From assembly GCA_051294905.1 (NCBI GenBank), contig CM119371.1, forward strand, positions 8,558,001 to 8,622,000: DNA of 64,000 nt, written 5' to 3'. The translations under genes were made by a program, and so were the position numbers. Origin of the DNA: Botryllus schlosseri (Eukaryota). Of this stretch, positions 50,732 through 63,096 are shown in pieces; within the stretch, counting starts at the first letter, position 1; every line of letters starts with the position of its first letter. Under the pieces are notes generated by a model. It had not been told where the DNA came from and made no database searches. It worked only from the letters and a program-made list of their open reading frames with translations.

Positions 50732-52377
50732 TGTAATAATAGCTGCTTCTTTACTAAGCTCAGCAACAGACTGCAGAGTACATGTTTATTACTCGTCGGT
50801 CTACAACACACTGATTAATGAAACAAGGATGCAGGCTGGAGCCTTGGAAAACATAAACGGAAATAATCAAATATTACAACACGTACCACTAGTGGTACGC
50901 GTACCACAGGTTGGCAACCACTGTCGTAAATGGACAAATACCTGCTGAGCCAACAAAGTGGTCATAACTAGTATCCCTATCAAACGAGAAGTGTGAAGCT
51001 GATATCTTTGATGAACATCAGATATTCGAAAACGAATGGAAGATTCTAATCTCGTACGGAAAGAGCTCAATGAGAGGAAGTCCCTCAACGATGTAAGAAA
51101 AAAAAAACTTTTTGAAAAATCACTAAAAACATGAAAGCACATGAAGCAAACATGAGCATGGAGGTTCACCTCCTGTTCAGTCATCTTGATTTATTTCCTG
51201 ATCATATTGATGATTAGAGTGAAAATCCATGTGAAAGGTTCCACCAAGACATAAAAACAACAAAAGAAAGATAGCAGGGCAGATTAGAGTAAAATATTAT
51301 GGCAGAATTATTCCGGAACCTTTTGAAAGACTACAGTACCACAGAATTTGTTCGCAGGTAGATCGCATGTCCAACGATGTATAGGCTACGTTATGTAGGC
51401 TACGTGTCCAAATAATGATTTAATGTTATTGCCGCTCACCGTAAAAGACAGTAATTCCCTGGCTATTGACATTTGAGATACCCACATCAATCGTTCGTGA
51501 TGGAAGGGTACAATTCCCAGACCATCAGAGAAACACTCGAAAAAAAAAGAGTCGTAGGGCGAAACCTAGAACAAAAAATGATGTTACTATTTTTGCGATC
51601 GACGCGGCAGTGTCGACATATAGAACCAATCATAACGCGTTATAAATCATCCGGGATTCACGTCGCATGCAATGATGATACGAAACATTATCTTGCTGTG
51701 AAAATCCCGAAAGAATCCAGCTGAAGGCTTAAAATCAGTTGTCAGTGTCGTCGATTTTTGTCATAATTTTACCACGGCAATGCTTTTAATTTTGCTATGA
51801 AGAAATTTTCAATATTATGTAGCATGAGGACCGGATTTAATCATGATTTAATATGCATAATGACCATTTGGTGACTAAGGACGAGGACAAATTCGAGTGA
51901 CATTCAATAAAAATGGATGCGGATTCGATATTACTTCGAAAATATTCAGTGCTCTGGGCCAACTCGGGTCAAGTTCGGTAATAGAACACAACTTTCAAGA
52001 CGATGACACTGGTGACGTCGTCGATCTACATCAGCTACGTGAGTAAAGTTTCTGTAATCGATAGTCGGTTTCGGATTGTTGAATGTGGGCGTTCGTAATT
52101 ACGTTTGTTCCTTGGCGGTCAATTGTTCACAACTTTCCTGTTGTTGACAATTAGGAAATTTACAATCAGATGTCAGGGTGACGGGAACGTAAGGTGTTGG
52201 TATCGTGGCAACGGATACTGTTTTTTACCAAAATTAATATGGAAAATAATTGTGCTTGGATGGGAGAATAAATACTGGCATGGTCAATTGGTCATGCACA
52301 TGATTTCTATGGTTACCATAGTTCGAGATTCGAGAAAGAGGGCAGAGAGAGAAAGAGTCCCTGGATGCTACATGAAT

Positions 52378-54060
52378 ACAATTCATGACAATGTGAGCGC
52401 AATTAAGAACTACTATAAATCAAATTGCAAAGAGGCTGACATGATGACAGTTGATGCGAGTAAAGCGTTTGACAAAGTAAATCAACAAATGTTGATGAAA
52501 ATCCTGTCCAAACTATACCGCTAACAAGAGAGACTGTTAACACCATCGCAGCTATATATGCAAACCCAACTGCCGCAATTGAAATCAACGGGCTAGAAAT
52601 AGCAAAACTACGATGCACAAGGAGAATCAGAGAAGGATGCCCCCTAAGCATGACACTATATGCAATAAGTGCCGACTCATTAGCTCAGAGGCTAATTGGA
52701 AACCCAGATATTGACGGACTAAGAATTGGGGGAATCACCAAGAAAATAGACCAATTTGCAGACGATGTCAAATTGTACATAGGGTCTATACGCGCAATAA
52801 CAGCAGCGCTCGACGAATATGACATATACCTCAAAACAACTGGTCAAGATATCAACCTTGAGAAAACAGAAATTCTCCCCCTCAACAACAAGTCGAGAGT
52901 AATCCTCCAAAATTCCCGACATGCTGTACTAATGAAACCAACAATCAAGATCCTGGGAATCTACAATGGCGACTATGGCGTTGAAAAGAACCATGATGCA
53001 TTGATAAAGAAGCTGGAAGCAAGTGCAAGGAACATCAAAGCAAAAAAACTGACATTTATTGGAAAAATTCAGGCAATACAAGCATACATGCTATCCAAGA
53101 TAACCTACATTTATTACAATCTACAGATAACTGAAAAACAATCAACGCAGATGGAAAGGATCCTATACAACATCCTATGGAGTCCTGAAAACCTGGAACA
53201 AAAAGCAAGGAACACACTGATCAGGCCAAAAGAATATGGAGAAATAAGAATGCCTCACATAACGACCACGATCAACACCAGAAATGCAAAGCGCCTACAG
53301 GAACTGGCAAAACTCGAAACACCCGAGGCCATTCACAACCTGGGTACCAAGGTGAGGTCAATAAATAAATCACTCTACAACAACCTCTTCCCTCACAGAC
53401 AAATGCCAACACACAAATGGACCGAGAAGAAACGCATATACGACTCATTCGAAAACAAAGAGACGCCAACCTACGAAATGACTCAAAAAGAGATATATGC
53501 TTCACTAATACAAAGAAAAACGAAACACGGTGATCAAGAAGACACTTACTTGAAAGAAATATGGCTCTACAACGACACCATCAAGCACAATATAACCAAT
53601 CACCAAAGAGTAATATCATATCGTATTACCAATGAAGCATATTTTACAGGCGCAAGGAAGAATGAAGCGAAATGGACGAGGAGGAAAGATGCAAAACTAA
53701 AAAACAACTGCAAATTCTGCAAAAGCAGCCTTGAAACTCTATATCATATCTTCACGACATGCCCAAGTTACAAAAAATTTATTCTATCTTGTCAGATCCG
53801 ACCTCGAGGACTCCCTGCAAACCGACATCAACGCTTCTACGGAAGAAATCCTCAGAAACACCTACGAGGGACCGCCCAAACTCATCGCGATTACAACCTT
53901 CATGAAAATGAAATGCGAAATATGGGAGTGGAAAAAAACGCTTGATATTTAAAATGAATAACTCGAAGATATCAATTCAAAAACCGACGAGATCAGAAGA
54001 AAATTGCACAAACCACTAAGAAGACAATGTTATAGACGGTGAAACGCGAAGAAGACCTGA
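52378..54060 (+). mobile_element. 5'-truncated, frameshifted L1/Tx1-like LINE ORF2 (RT plus zinc finger); ends approximate
   Basis: IHDNV...VDASKAFDKV, [frameshift ~52515] IREGCPLS, QFADD, INLEKT, IKILGI, CKFC...ETLYHIFTTC, [frameshift ~53785] KCEIW; strongly A-rich coding strand. Confidence 0.9.
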
Positions 54061-54135
54061 TGAACAATTGAAATCGACCACGCACGAGCAAACGCAAATA
54101 CCGAAATACATAGACAATATGCAGGACGCGATATC

Positions 54136-55445
54136 CTTGACTTGTAAAGGTAGAACTGGGTTCACATAATGTATTAGGGCCCTACCAATTTTCGCGCAAT
54201 ATCCTTCAGCTGATAGAGATATGTAGGCTACGTCTGTAGTCTACATTGGATATGTCAGATTATTATGATATCGATTGCCTTAGCCCACTTGTTGCGTAGG
54301 GCTCCAGAGATGAGTGGCGCTGTTGATACTTTCTATAGGCGCTTCGCTAAAAGCGAGCACGCACCAGCCTTTCCTTGACTTGTAAGGGTAGAACTGGGTC
54401 CACAGAATGTATTTGGTCCCTACCAATTTTCGCGCAATATCCTTCAGCTGATAGAGATATTTCTAGTAAGAAAAATATACTTTTCAAGTAATAAGATTCA
54501 CTCAGATTCACTCAAGACAGCAAATTTAGATAATGTACATATATCATTTTGCAGTAATACAACTAGGCCTACAGTGTTGAGTTTTCACTCCAGTCCCCAT
54601 GAGCACGACGTCGGTGACCTTGACACCAAATTCCGAGAAGGCGAAAAAGTGCAAACTCTGTTGGGCCGAGTGGACAATGGACATTCAGTTATTCACAGAT
54701 GCGAAAATAAATAATGCAAATCCGTTTTACGTAAGTTACATTAGGAATATAAATACAGGCTACAGAATGAATATAATTCAAATATCTGTGATACCACTGT
54801 ATTACTTTTGACGCAAAAGGTCCCCGGCATTCAAAAAAACTGTTTGGTGATTGAAAAATGCTAAACCAAATTCCAACGTCAACATTTATAGTGATATCAG
54901 ATATATTCCAGTGAAAAACAAAGGTATGAATTTGGTGGTAACATTTTGGAATCATTTGGCAGGTATGGCCCGCAAGATTTCTATAGTAACGGATTGAATC
55001 CGGACAGCGATACCAGTTTAATTCGACACTCCTGCTGTTAAACTTTATTCAACAATCAACATTTACCTGCTGAATTCGCGGACCAAGTCCTACCCATACG
55101 GATCAAAGAAAAGCTTGTTATGTATGCTCATGCTCATGCTCAATGCTCCTTGCTCATACTTAACCATAAAAGCAACTATAGAAAGTATCGACACCCGCCA
55201 TCAACAGCGCGACATGTCTCTGGAGCCCGACGCAACAAGTGGGCTAAGGCAATCGATATGATAATAATCTGACATATCCAATGTAGACTACAGACGTAGC
55301 CTACATATCTCTATCAGCTGAAGGATATTGCGCGAAAATTGGAAGGGCCCTAATACATTCTGTGGACCCAGTTCTACCCTTACAGGTCAAGGAAAGGCTG
55401 GTGTGTGCTCGCTTGTACCGAAACGCATAGAAAAAGTCTTAACAG
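54136..55445. repeat. ~238-bp unit present as 1.4 tandem copies (54136-54460) and an inverted copy (~55180-55445)
   Basis: Shared AATTTTCGCGCAATATCCTTCAGCTGATAGAGATAT and flanks in both orientations. Confidence 0.8.
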
Positions 55446-55858
55446 CGCAGCGTTTCTCTGTGGCGCGGTTTCACATTGCTATTGCCGCGACGTCAGCTGA
55501 TCCCACTCTCACCGCTCGGCCGCATCCTTGCTCTTGAACTAGTCTCTCGTTTCGCCAGACAGCATTGTTTCGTCACACTGCTAATCTACTCGACAATGAA
55601 TAATTTGGGGCTGATTGTGGGGGTTCCAGGGCCATGAGTGGAATAAAATTTATATTTTCGCAAGCAGTTCAGCGTCAGCTTTCGATTGATACCCGATTCA
55701 TCAAATTTAATGCTCGGCAAGTCGGTCAAAAATCACCATCAAATTGCCTGTAGCCAAATGGAAACTGTGACGTGATACAATTTCATTGAACCGTGCGATT
55801 TGCTTGTGTCGACACCATATAGGACACTATGATAGTACCGTATGTCCGTATACATCAT

Positions 55859-56092
55859 AGTTTGTTACTGTTGCCATTGGTACAATGCGAATTTCATGGT
55901 TTGTGATTTTGATTGTTGCGTCATACTTTGCCTTTTGGTTTTGCTTTTAAATCTGTTTAAATCCCTTTAGTGTGCCGATAACTCTTGAAAAGAGGCACCC
56001 GAAAAGTCTTCGAGTTTAATAAATATACTGCTACAATGGATGTTGTATTGAAAGCTATATTCAAGTTCTGTACCACGAACCAGCTATTTAAT
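55859..56092 (+). mobile_element. Solo Penelope pseudo-LTR, same family as 33933-34892 (ends approximate)
   Basis: Collinear with the reverse complement of 33933-34135 and with 34747-34892. Confidence 0.85.
55972..56016 (+). ncRNA. Minimal hammerhead ribozyme variant (U3-A8 core), third copy
   Basis: 44/45 identical to 34776-34820. The single change (gtt to gat) lies in the linker between the pseudoknot strand and stem I. Confidence 0.75.
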
Positions 56093-56116
56093 TGCTACAA
56101 TTGATGTAGGCTATGT

Positions 56117-56878
56117 GATGACGTTTAAAATATCGGCATGTACTTCGGCACTGTGACAATGTGGCATGAGTCGTCGCTAGGTATCGTGCACATTAAAGGG
56201 GCACTGCGCTCTAAAAAGGATATGGTCTCAAACTGAAGGCCAGAACGAAAAAAAAATTGGCCGTAGCCATTTCCTTCTGAACGCCACCGTTATGGAGCTG
56301 CGATTTATTGAAATTTCCACAGGACCTTCACGATCCTGCTGTCGCGGCTGCGCGTCATTCCATAACCCGTTACATGTCACGAGGTCTTCAAGGTCGCACT
56401 TGCTCGACGCCATTAAGCAGCCACGGAGGGACGAACTTTAGATAGTTGTTGACATATTTACTTCGTAACATCGGCTGACAACTATCTTAAGTTCGTTTTT
56501 TGTTGTTGTGCCCTTTCAGTTTGAGACCACATCATTTTTAGGCGCATGTATCGTGTACTTTATTATAGGGTGTCACTTCACTGAAATGTAGGATTGGAAT
56601 TTGCAATATGACGTCACGGTCCGTCATAGGTTCACGTTCACGTTCACACGAACCTGAACCTTTCAGGGGTTCGCACTAGGGATAGTGAGAGCTTTTGAAA
56701 GGTTATGTGTGAATGCGATAGTGAACCGCATGACGTCACGCGACGTCATATGGCCAATTCCAACCCTACATTTCAGCAAAGGGCCGCCGTATGATAAAGT
56801 ACACGATACCTAGCATCGACTCGTGTCACATAATGCCAAAATGCTGAAGTACATATTGACGTTTTTCAAACGTCACCA
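56117..56878. mobile_element. Degenerate foldback element with a nested TIR element (~56205-56548)
   Basis: Inverted arms ATCGTGTACTTTA / TAAAGTACACGAT and CTGAAATGTAGG / CCTACATTTCAG; inner TIR TGGTCTCAAACTGAA. Confidence 0.6.
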
Positions 56879-58038
56879 AATGTATCAATTGGGACAATCA
56901 AATGATATAATACTCTCATAAAATCAATATCTTCCGTCGCTTTGCCACCAATTTCAACGAGGACTTACAAGGGAATATAAGCTTTCGCCTTAACGGTCTA
57001 GACCAGACCCGATAATGTATCTGGCGGGTGATTATTGCTACATTAGTATTGAACAGAATGTAAAACGGGTTTCTGTACTAGCTACCGATATCACCCCATT
57101 ACCAAGTTATACCGCAGTACCAACACCCCAATCGCACGGATTTGGTTTTTATGATACAATAAACATATGAAATCAAGATTGACCCCGTCCCCCTGATAGA
57201 TTATTTACTTCAGACAACGATGTCACTTTCATGGGTTGGTTGAATATGCATCATTCGCTGACTACCAACATGTTGTGTATTTCGCTCATGGTGTTGTGTG
57301 ATTGCCGGTCAAGCTCACAGCAGTGAATCACTAAATATTCACAAACGGAAAGCTGGATATTTCGAGCAAACTTTCGTAACAAAATTTTCAAGTTGCAGGT
57401 CATTTTAGCGTTAATATTTTATGCTGCCATTTCAACCAAAGATGTTATAATGAAGTGAAAATTGTAGTATGTGAAAAAAGGTCCACAGTGCAGAGCCTAC
57501 CAAGGTGCGTTTGTGAACGTGAACCTCAAAATTTCGGAGGTTCACACACAGAACGCGAACGTGAACGTCACGTTCACACCATCCATAGTTCGCGCCATCC
57601 CTATAGCCTACCTTATGAAACATTGTATTGATGTAATATTCCAAACAGATTTGAATTTGTTATGTTATCTAATACAAAGTTGAAAGAGGAAGTATATTCC
57701 CCTGCAACAGGGGCGGACAGCTTCTCGAGTCGGCGCCAGATGTCACTTCAAAGCCATTTCTCACCGATAATGACGAATACTATGTGAATTAGAGAACAGC
57801 ATAGTCATACAGGCACCGTCACTTCTGCTTCTCTCTGATCAATTAACACACGGTGCAATCATTAATTAGGATTTAAGGGTGTTTGATAAGCCCGATACCC
57901 CTATATTTATTATGATATCAATTCATTAGGGTTGAGTGCATCGTATATGCCGATAATGCAAGTCTCCTCGCGTCGACAAACTTACGCGTAGCCGCCAGTC
58001 TTGCACGCTGCGCAGTGCGCACACACGTATATAATAAC

Positions 58039-58515
58039 TAGGGCTGAGCAAATTCGAATACATTCGAGTTCCATTATCCTTCGAGTCGAGTATTCCACTG
58101 TCACTCATTATGACGTAATAACAGTATGCAAGATGTGAAAGTTGAAATATATAGCTTTTATGCGTCCACAATGAATATGAAGCCCGTTCTCCGTCACATT
58201 AAAGATAATTTGGTATTTTCCGACCATACCGATTTCATTTCACTTTTTGACAATGTTGTGGGTTGATCATGACTTCAGAAATATGTTTTCCAGTAACCTT
58301 CGTAGCTTTATTCTTACTTTAGCTGCTTCGTATGTACCACTACGCCCAATCGTGATTTCAAGGCTGCCACAGTGGCGAATAGTGGCGAAACTATAATTCA
58401 TGTTGATAAATTGACTATCAGTAGCGAGGAGCGTATAATTTCACTACTCGACTCGAAATATTAAAATTAATACTCGAGTCAGATTCGAGTACTCGAATCA
58501 TTGTGCCAAGCCCTA
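58039..58515. mobile_element. hAT MITE family F copy 3
   Basis: TIR TAGGGCT; perfect TSD ATAATAAC. Confidence 0.88.
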
Positions 58516-58945
58516 ATAATAACATACAGTAACTAAAATTTGACTAAGTAAGCAAGTATAGTGGGTAATTTCGGCAGACTGCGGCCGCGGGCCACATTCT
58601 CACGTAAGACGGGGAGCCATAGCGAAAATTCGCTATGAATATGAATAAAACCATTATCCTGAAATATAAGTTGATGAACGAAGTACCGTTATAATTGATA
58701 GAGGTTCTACATACTTACGATCCATCGACAACTTGAAGGGTTTCTGAAATGAAATGGAACAACTAGAAAGGTTCGACGATTTTCCAACTCGGAATTATAG
58801 ATACATGTATTGTTCATGCTAACTAACGGCGTAAAGGATCGTCACATCCGTGGACTGTAACTGTAAGGTATTGAAATGCATTAAATGTTGCTGGATGAAT
58901 TTAATGTGAGGATAGTCATAAAATGAGCTAGTTTTGACATTGCAG

Positions 58946-59858
58946 CAGCGTTGGGAAGACTCGAGTCATGACTTGACTCGAGTCACCTTTCTCGTATGAC
59001 TTGACTTGACTCGAGTCACTTTGCTAAAATGACTTGACTTGACTTGACTCGGCGTATCAAAAATGTGGATTGACTCGTGACTCGGAGCAAAATTCACGAG
59101 TCAATTTCAAGTCATGAAGTAATCGGTGTTGATAAAAATAATTGTATCTTGCATATGGTCGGATTGCTCGCAAAACGCTCGTGTAACCCGTGAGAGCGAC
59201 TAATCATTCAATGATCTTGCTTTTCACTGTGCCTCCATTGTTCTTTCACAAATAAATTGTCCGCAAACGAAGTGATCGAAGCTTATAGCCTACGATGTCG
59301 TAAACTAGTATAGTAAAGTAATTTATTAGCAACGTGTACATTTCTGTTTTCTGTTCTTACCTTAATCAAACCTCTTGTTTTATTGAAATTGAATTCGAAT
59401 ATAGTTTATATAGTCATTAACCATTGGCGCTGGCTCGAATTGTATCATATCAATATGTAAATCGGTAATGTATTACTTCTTAGCAATTCGTTTCTCTATT
59501 CTCTATTTTGGATAGTAACTACAAACTGAGGCTATGCAATTACTTACGTAGTTTAGCAATTCTACGTATGTGGACGATACAGCACCTTCTTGCGTGTATA
59601 TTTAACTCTATATTCGTTCATTGGTTCAGAATCAATGACCACTCAATCTGTATTTCAGGCAGCTAGCAGAATGCAATGACGAAATCATGCCTCATACTTC
59701 GAAAAGGCAACTTGACTTGACTCGTGACTTGACTTGACTTGACTCGACTTGACTCGAGTCACCTTCGAAAATCGATTGACTTGACTTGACTCGAGTCAAA
59801 ATGTGCAATGACTCGAATTGACTCGTGACTCGAAGATAGTGACTTGATCCCAACACTG
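58946..59858. mobile_element. Family C hAT MITE, complete copy
   Basis: TIR CAG(C/T)GTTGGGA; perfect TSD CATTGCAG; GACTTGACTC subterminal repeats. Confidence 0.92.
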
Positions 59859-59891
59859 CATTGCAGTAGGGTCATTTCATTTGTTTTAGAT

Positions 59892-60163
59892 CAGCCGTTC
59901 TCAAACTGAGAGGCGTGAAACTGCGATCTACTAACTTTTTTCGCGATCCTCGCGATTTACCTCCAATTTATAGTTATTTCTCTGTGTATAATCGGAATAT
60001 CATATTGGAAAATTCTCTCATCAGCAGTCATAAACTTCCATGCCATCCTGTGAATTGGGATTGCTAGCGTTCAGGTTGCGTTTTGTGATATGGCATTAAG
60101 GTGGGCGTGAAATGTTTCACTATCATGAAGGGTCGCGTGTCTAAAAAAGTTTGAGAACAACTG
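59892..60163. mobile_element. Small Buster-type hAT MITE
   Basis: TIR CAG..GTTCTCAAAC; perfect TSD TTTTAGAT. Confidence 0.85.
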
Positions 60164-60472
60164 TTTTAGATGTTCTGGTAGGCTACTGTTATCACATATT
60201 AAGTATTATGTTCCGATGATATTTGGCGGTATATGATTCATTTTAGCTACGGGTACTGGATTTGATAAGAATGGCAGAAGTAGAAAATCCCCTTGTTGGA
60301 TGCTCGGGATACGAGACTGGTACTACCAGTATACTACGGCACTAATCGAATGCTACTATCGAGCTAACTTCTGAGATATCTAGATAAAGGTAGGTTCTAT
60401 CCCACCACTCTGAAATAGCCATATATAGGCGATATTGTGGTTCATTCAATTTTAGAGTTCTTGCGAATTCAG

Positions 60473-60760
60473 TAATTCTCATTCTAATCTAATTTGGAAA
60501 AAAGCTGTGTAGCTCTAATTCTAATTAAAATCTAATTTGGAAAACGCTGTGAAGCTCTAATTCTAATTCTAATTTAATTTGGAAAAAACAATGTCTAGAT
60601 CTAATTCTAATTCTAATCTAATTTGAAAAAAGCTGCGCAGCGTATAGCTCTAATTCTAATTCCATCTAATTTGAAAAAACTGCCTAGCTCTAATTCTAAA
60701 TCCATCTAATTTGGAAAAAATGTTGCTCTAATTCTAATTCTGATCTAATTTTGAAAAGCT
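60473..60760. repeat. Minisatellite, ~6-7 units of ~40-47 bp (AGCTCTAATTCTAAT...CTAATTTGGAAAAA)
   Basis: Directly visible degenerate tandem array. Confidence 0.85.
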
Positions 60761-60837
60761 GAAAATTTTCTAGTTGTTGAAGTCTGGTATGAACAGAATA
60801 GTGAAGGTAACATCACGAAGATACATGATAGCATATG

Positions 60838-61166
60838 CAGTGGTGGCTTTTGGGGTGGGCGAGGTGGGCGGTCGCCCGGGGCCCCCCTGGTCGAAGGGCC
60901 CCCCTCTTTGGTTTTACCGCTTTTTCCAAGGGTTGTAGCGAATAGACGTGGAAATCCTTGTACCAATCAAGAAGATGATTCCGTTCAGATGAGTAAATCA
61001 TCAAATCTCCGTATTTGTTATTAAAGTTCCATATAACGACATCCATGAAGTCTCTGCATGCCTGTTAATTTCGTAGGCGAAAGGGGGGGGGGGCGATTAC
61101 ATACTAATAGGGCCCCCATCCCCCGGAAGTCTCGCCCAGGTCCCCCCAATCGTAGGGCCGCCACTG
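60838..61166. mobile_element. GC-rich-ended hAT MITE (partial reverse copy at ~14327-14400)
   Basis: TIR CAGTGG(T/C)GGC; perfect TSD AGCATATG. Confidence 0.88.
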
Positions 61167-61244
61167 AGCATATGTAAGGGTTGGTGGATAATCGAATAGA
61201 ATTGCTCAACGATTGTTGATTCCACATATTCTAGTATTGAACAA

Positions 61245-62010
61245 CCAAAGATGTTTATATCCATCTACCTTGGATTGGTCCCATTTCCACCCGTTTTGAA
61301 AAACAATTGATTGTCGCGGTCGGGAAGTGTTATGACGCAGTCAAAACCAATGTGCTTTTTACGACTACACAACTGCCACCTTCGACACGCAAAGACGTGC
61401 TCCCCGCACTTCAACAAAGTAATGTAGTGAACAAATATAAGTGCCACTGTGATTGTAGCTATACGTGGGAAGAACGTCAAAGCGTCTGCGGGAACGCATA
61501 AACCAACATGTCCCCAGATTTATCAGAACACGTGCTTTGCGCTCGGGAAAAGCTCACTCTTAACTCATTCGCTTAATCTTGATTGATTGATTAATTGATC
61601 TTGCCGTCGGCAAACATCTGTTGGATAATCCAATTTGTGCGAACAATTATCGAGACGACAGATTTCGCGTCGTTGAGGGGGGCCCTTCACACTTCCATTT
61701 GTGTGCCTTGGAGTCGACTTTTATCAAAATACACCAGCCAAAACTCTGTCTACAAAAGGAGTTCGTGTACCAACTAAAAATAGCACATTGAACGCTCTCT
61801 CATTCAAAACTTCATGCTGGTGACGTCACATTTTGTGATACGATTGTTGATATACAATGTTCCTTCACATTCTCTACTAGTTGCTGACAATTATCCCTGA
61901 CGAGTGTCAGCCGAAAATATTCGGGTTCATTTCAATATGAATATAATATTCAATTGTATATCGAAGTTCTGTACCTCCAAGAAGCTCTTAAAATTATACT
62001 TTCAACATTA
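61245..62010 (+). mobile_element. Second, diverged Penelope-like fragment (GIY-YIG 3' end plus pLTR), frameshifted
   Basis: LPWIG...RKDVLPALQQSNVV.KYKCHCDCS/YVGRTSKRLRERINQH...KHLLDNP...LESTFIKIHQPKLCLQK. Confidence 0.88.
61883..61926 (+). ncRNA. Minimal type I hammerhead ribozyme, canonical core
   Basis: GCTGACA-att-ATCC-CTGACGA-G-TGTCAGC-C-GAAA-ATAT-TC^GGGT: 7-bp pseudoknot GCTGACA/TGTCAGC, palindromic helix III AATATT. Confidence 0.85.
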
Positions 62011-62068
62011 TAGATCCCATGACTTAGTAACCAAACCTCTGTGGCTACATCGAAATATACATTGCAAA

Positions 62069-62465
62069 TAGAGTTGCATTTAAAACAAATTAGTGTTTAA
62101 TACACTTTGCTTCAAAAACGTTTTAAACAGTGTTTTAAACAAAGACCTTTAAAAACTATCAAAACTGTTTTGTTTTTTTAAGTTGTAAAATCATGCAATA
62201 ATTGCGTAAATACTTTCCAAATAACATGTTGTATGAGATTGAGGACGACTACCACCCTATATAGACGACATGGGATGGTTGGAAACCTCAAACTAATCGG
62301 TTCAACAGCTATAGTACGCATATATTTCGCCGAAAGCGCTATCATTACCCTATATTTTCACTTGTTAATGTTAATCCACTATGATGTCACAAAAACATGT
62401 ATTAAACAATGGCCTTGTTTTAAACATATTGTTTTAAATTGATTTTTGTTTCGAATGCAACCCTA
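62069..62465. mobile_element. hAT MITE with AAAACA motifs
   Basis: TIR TAG(A/G)GTTGCATT; TSD ATTGCAAA/ACTGCAAC (6/8). Confidence 0.65.
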
Positions 62466-63096
62466 ACTGCAACAATAAATCATCATAGAAGATAATAACA
62501 TCTGTTCCGATATCGCGCTCTTTCATTTTCGGTTGCGAATGAATCCGTACAAATGAATAAAATATTACATGATGACAGCTTCAACTCTACTATCGTGAAA
62601 CACCGTTGGAGTACAAATCCACCAAATCAGTAAAATACACCGTAAAACATTCATTAGCGAAATAAACGAGCATCGGATCGATGATTCCTGGTATGATCAT
62701 GGTGTTTGTCAAACTCCGCGCCACTTTTGTGGTTACATATGCTGAAAGGTACAATATAAATATGATCATCAAGTTGATCACGTGTCAACAACATCAATCA
62801 TGGATAAAATAGTCAGGTCAAATTCTAAAACGTATAACGCAGTCATTCTGTTCGGACAAGGATAATTTTGCTGATGACGAATTCTTCACTCTTGTGATTT
62901 CCATCTTCTACCATGAACGCATCCTGAACAGATGGATATCTGCATTAATCAAGCATGCGTGTAAGCTATGTAGACAACGAGATGGAGATGTACAGTGCGC
63001 GAGTACCGCACTAAACCATACCAACTGAAATACAGATTATGTTTGCGGATCAGCACTGTAATCGTATGAATTATACGGTTACAATGTACTGGTATA

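Larger units (their letters stand above)
45402..50881 (-). mobile_element. Full-length Ty3/Gypsy LTR retrotransposon, Mag-like
   Basis: 150-bp TG...CA LTRs (50732-50881; 45402-45488 plus 46435-46497), one mismatch; TSD CGTAC; PBS; PPT; domain order gag-PR-RT-RH-IN. Confidence 0.97.
43530..50923. mobile_element. hAT (Buster-type) non-autonomous element inflated by nested insertions
   Basis: TIR CAGTGGTT(C/G)CCAACC; CGCGTACCAC motifs; perfect TSD TCGTAAAT at 43522-43529 and 50924-50931. Confidence 0.9.

Noticed and set aside
46586..50948. Plus-strand ORFs over the Gypsy element (e.g. 46586-47008, 47823-48179, 50463-50948)
   Set aside because: Antisense shadows of gag-pol with no motifs; no env-like ORF is present.
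52105..52377. 5' part of ORF 52105-52524 as part of the LINE protein
   Set aside because: RT similarity and the A-rich bias begin only near 52355-52380; the upstream part is flanking DNA read in frame by chance.
60473..60760. CRISPR-like periodic repeat
   Set aside because: Units are degenerate and contiguous, with only a few variable bases between them; an ordinary minisatellite.
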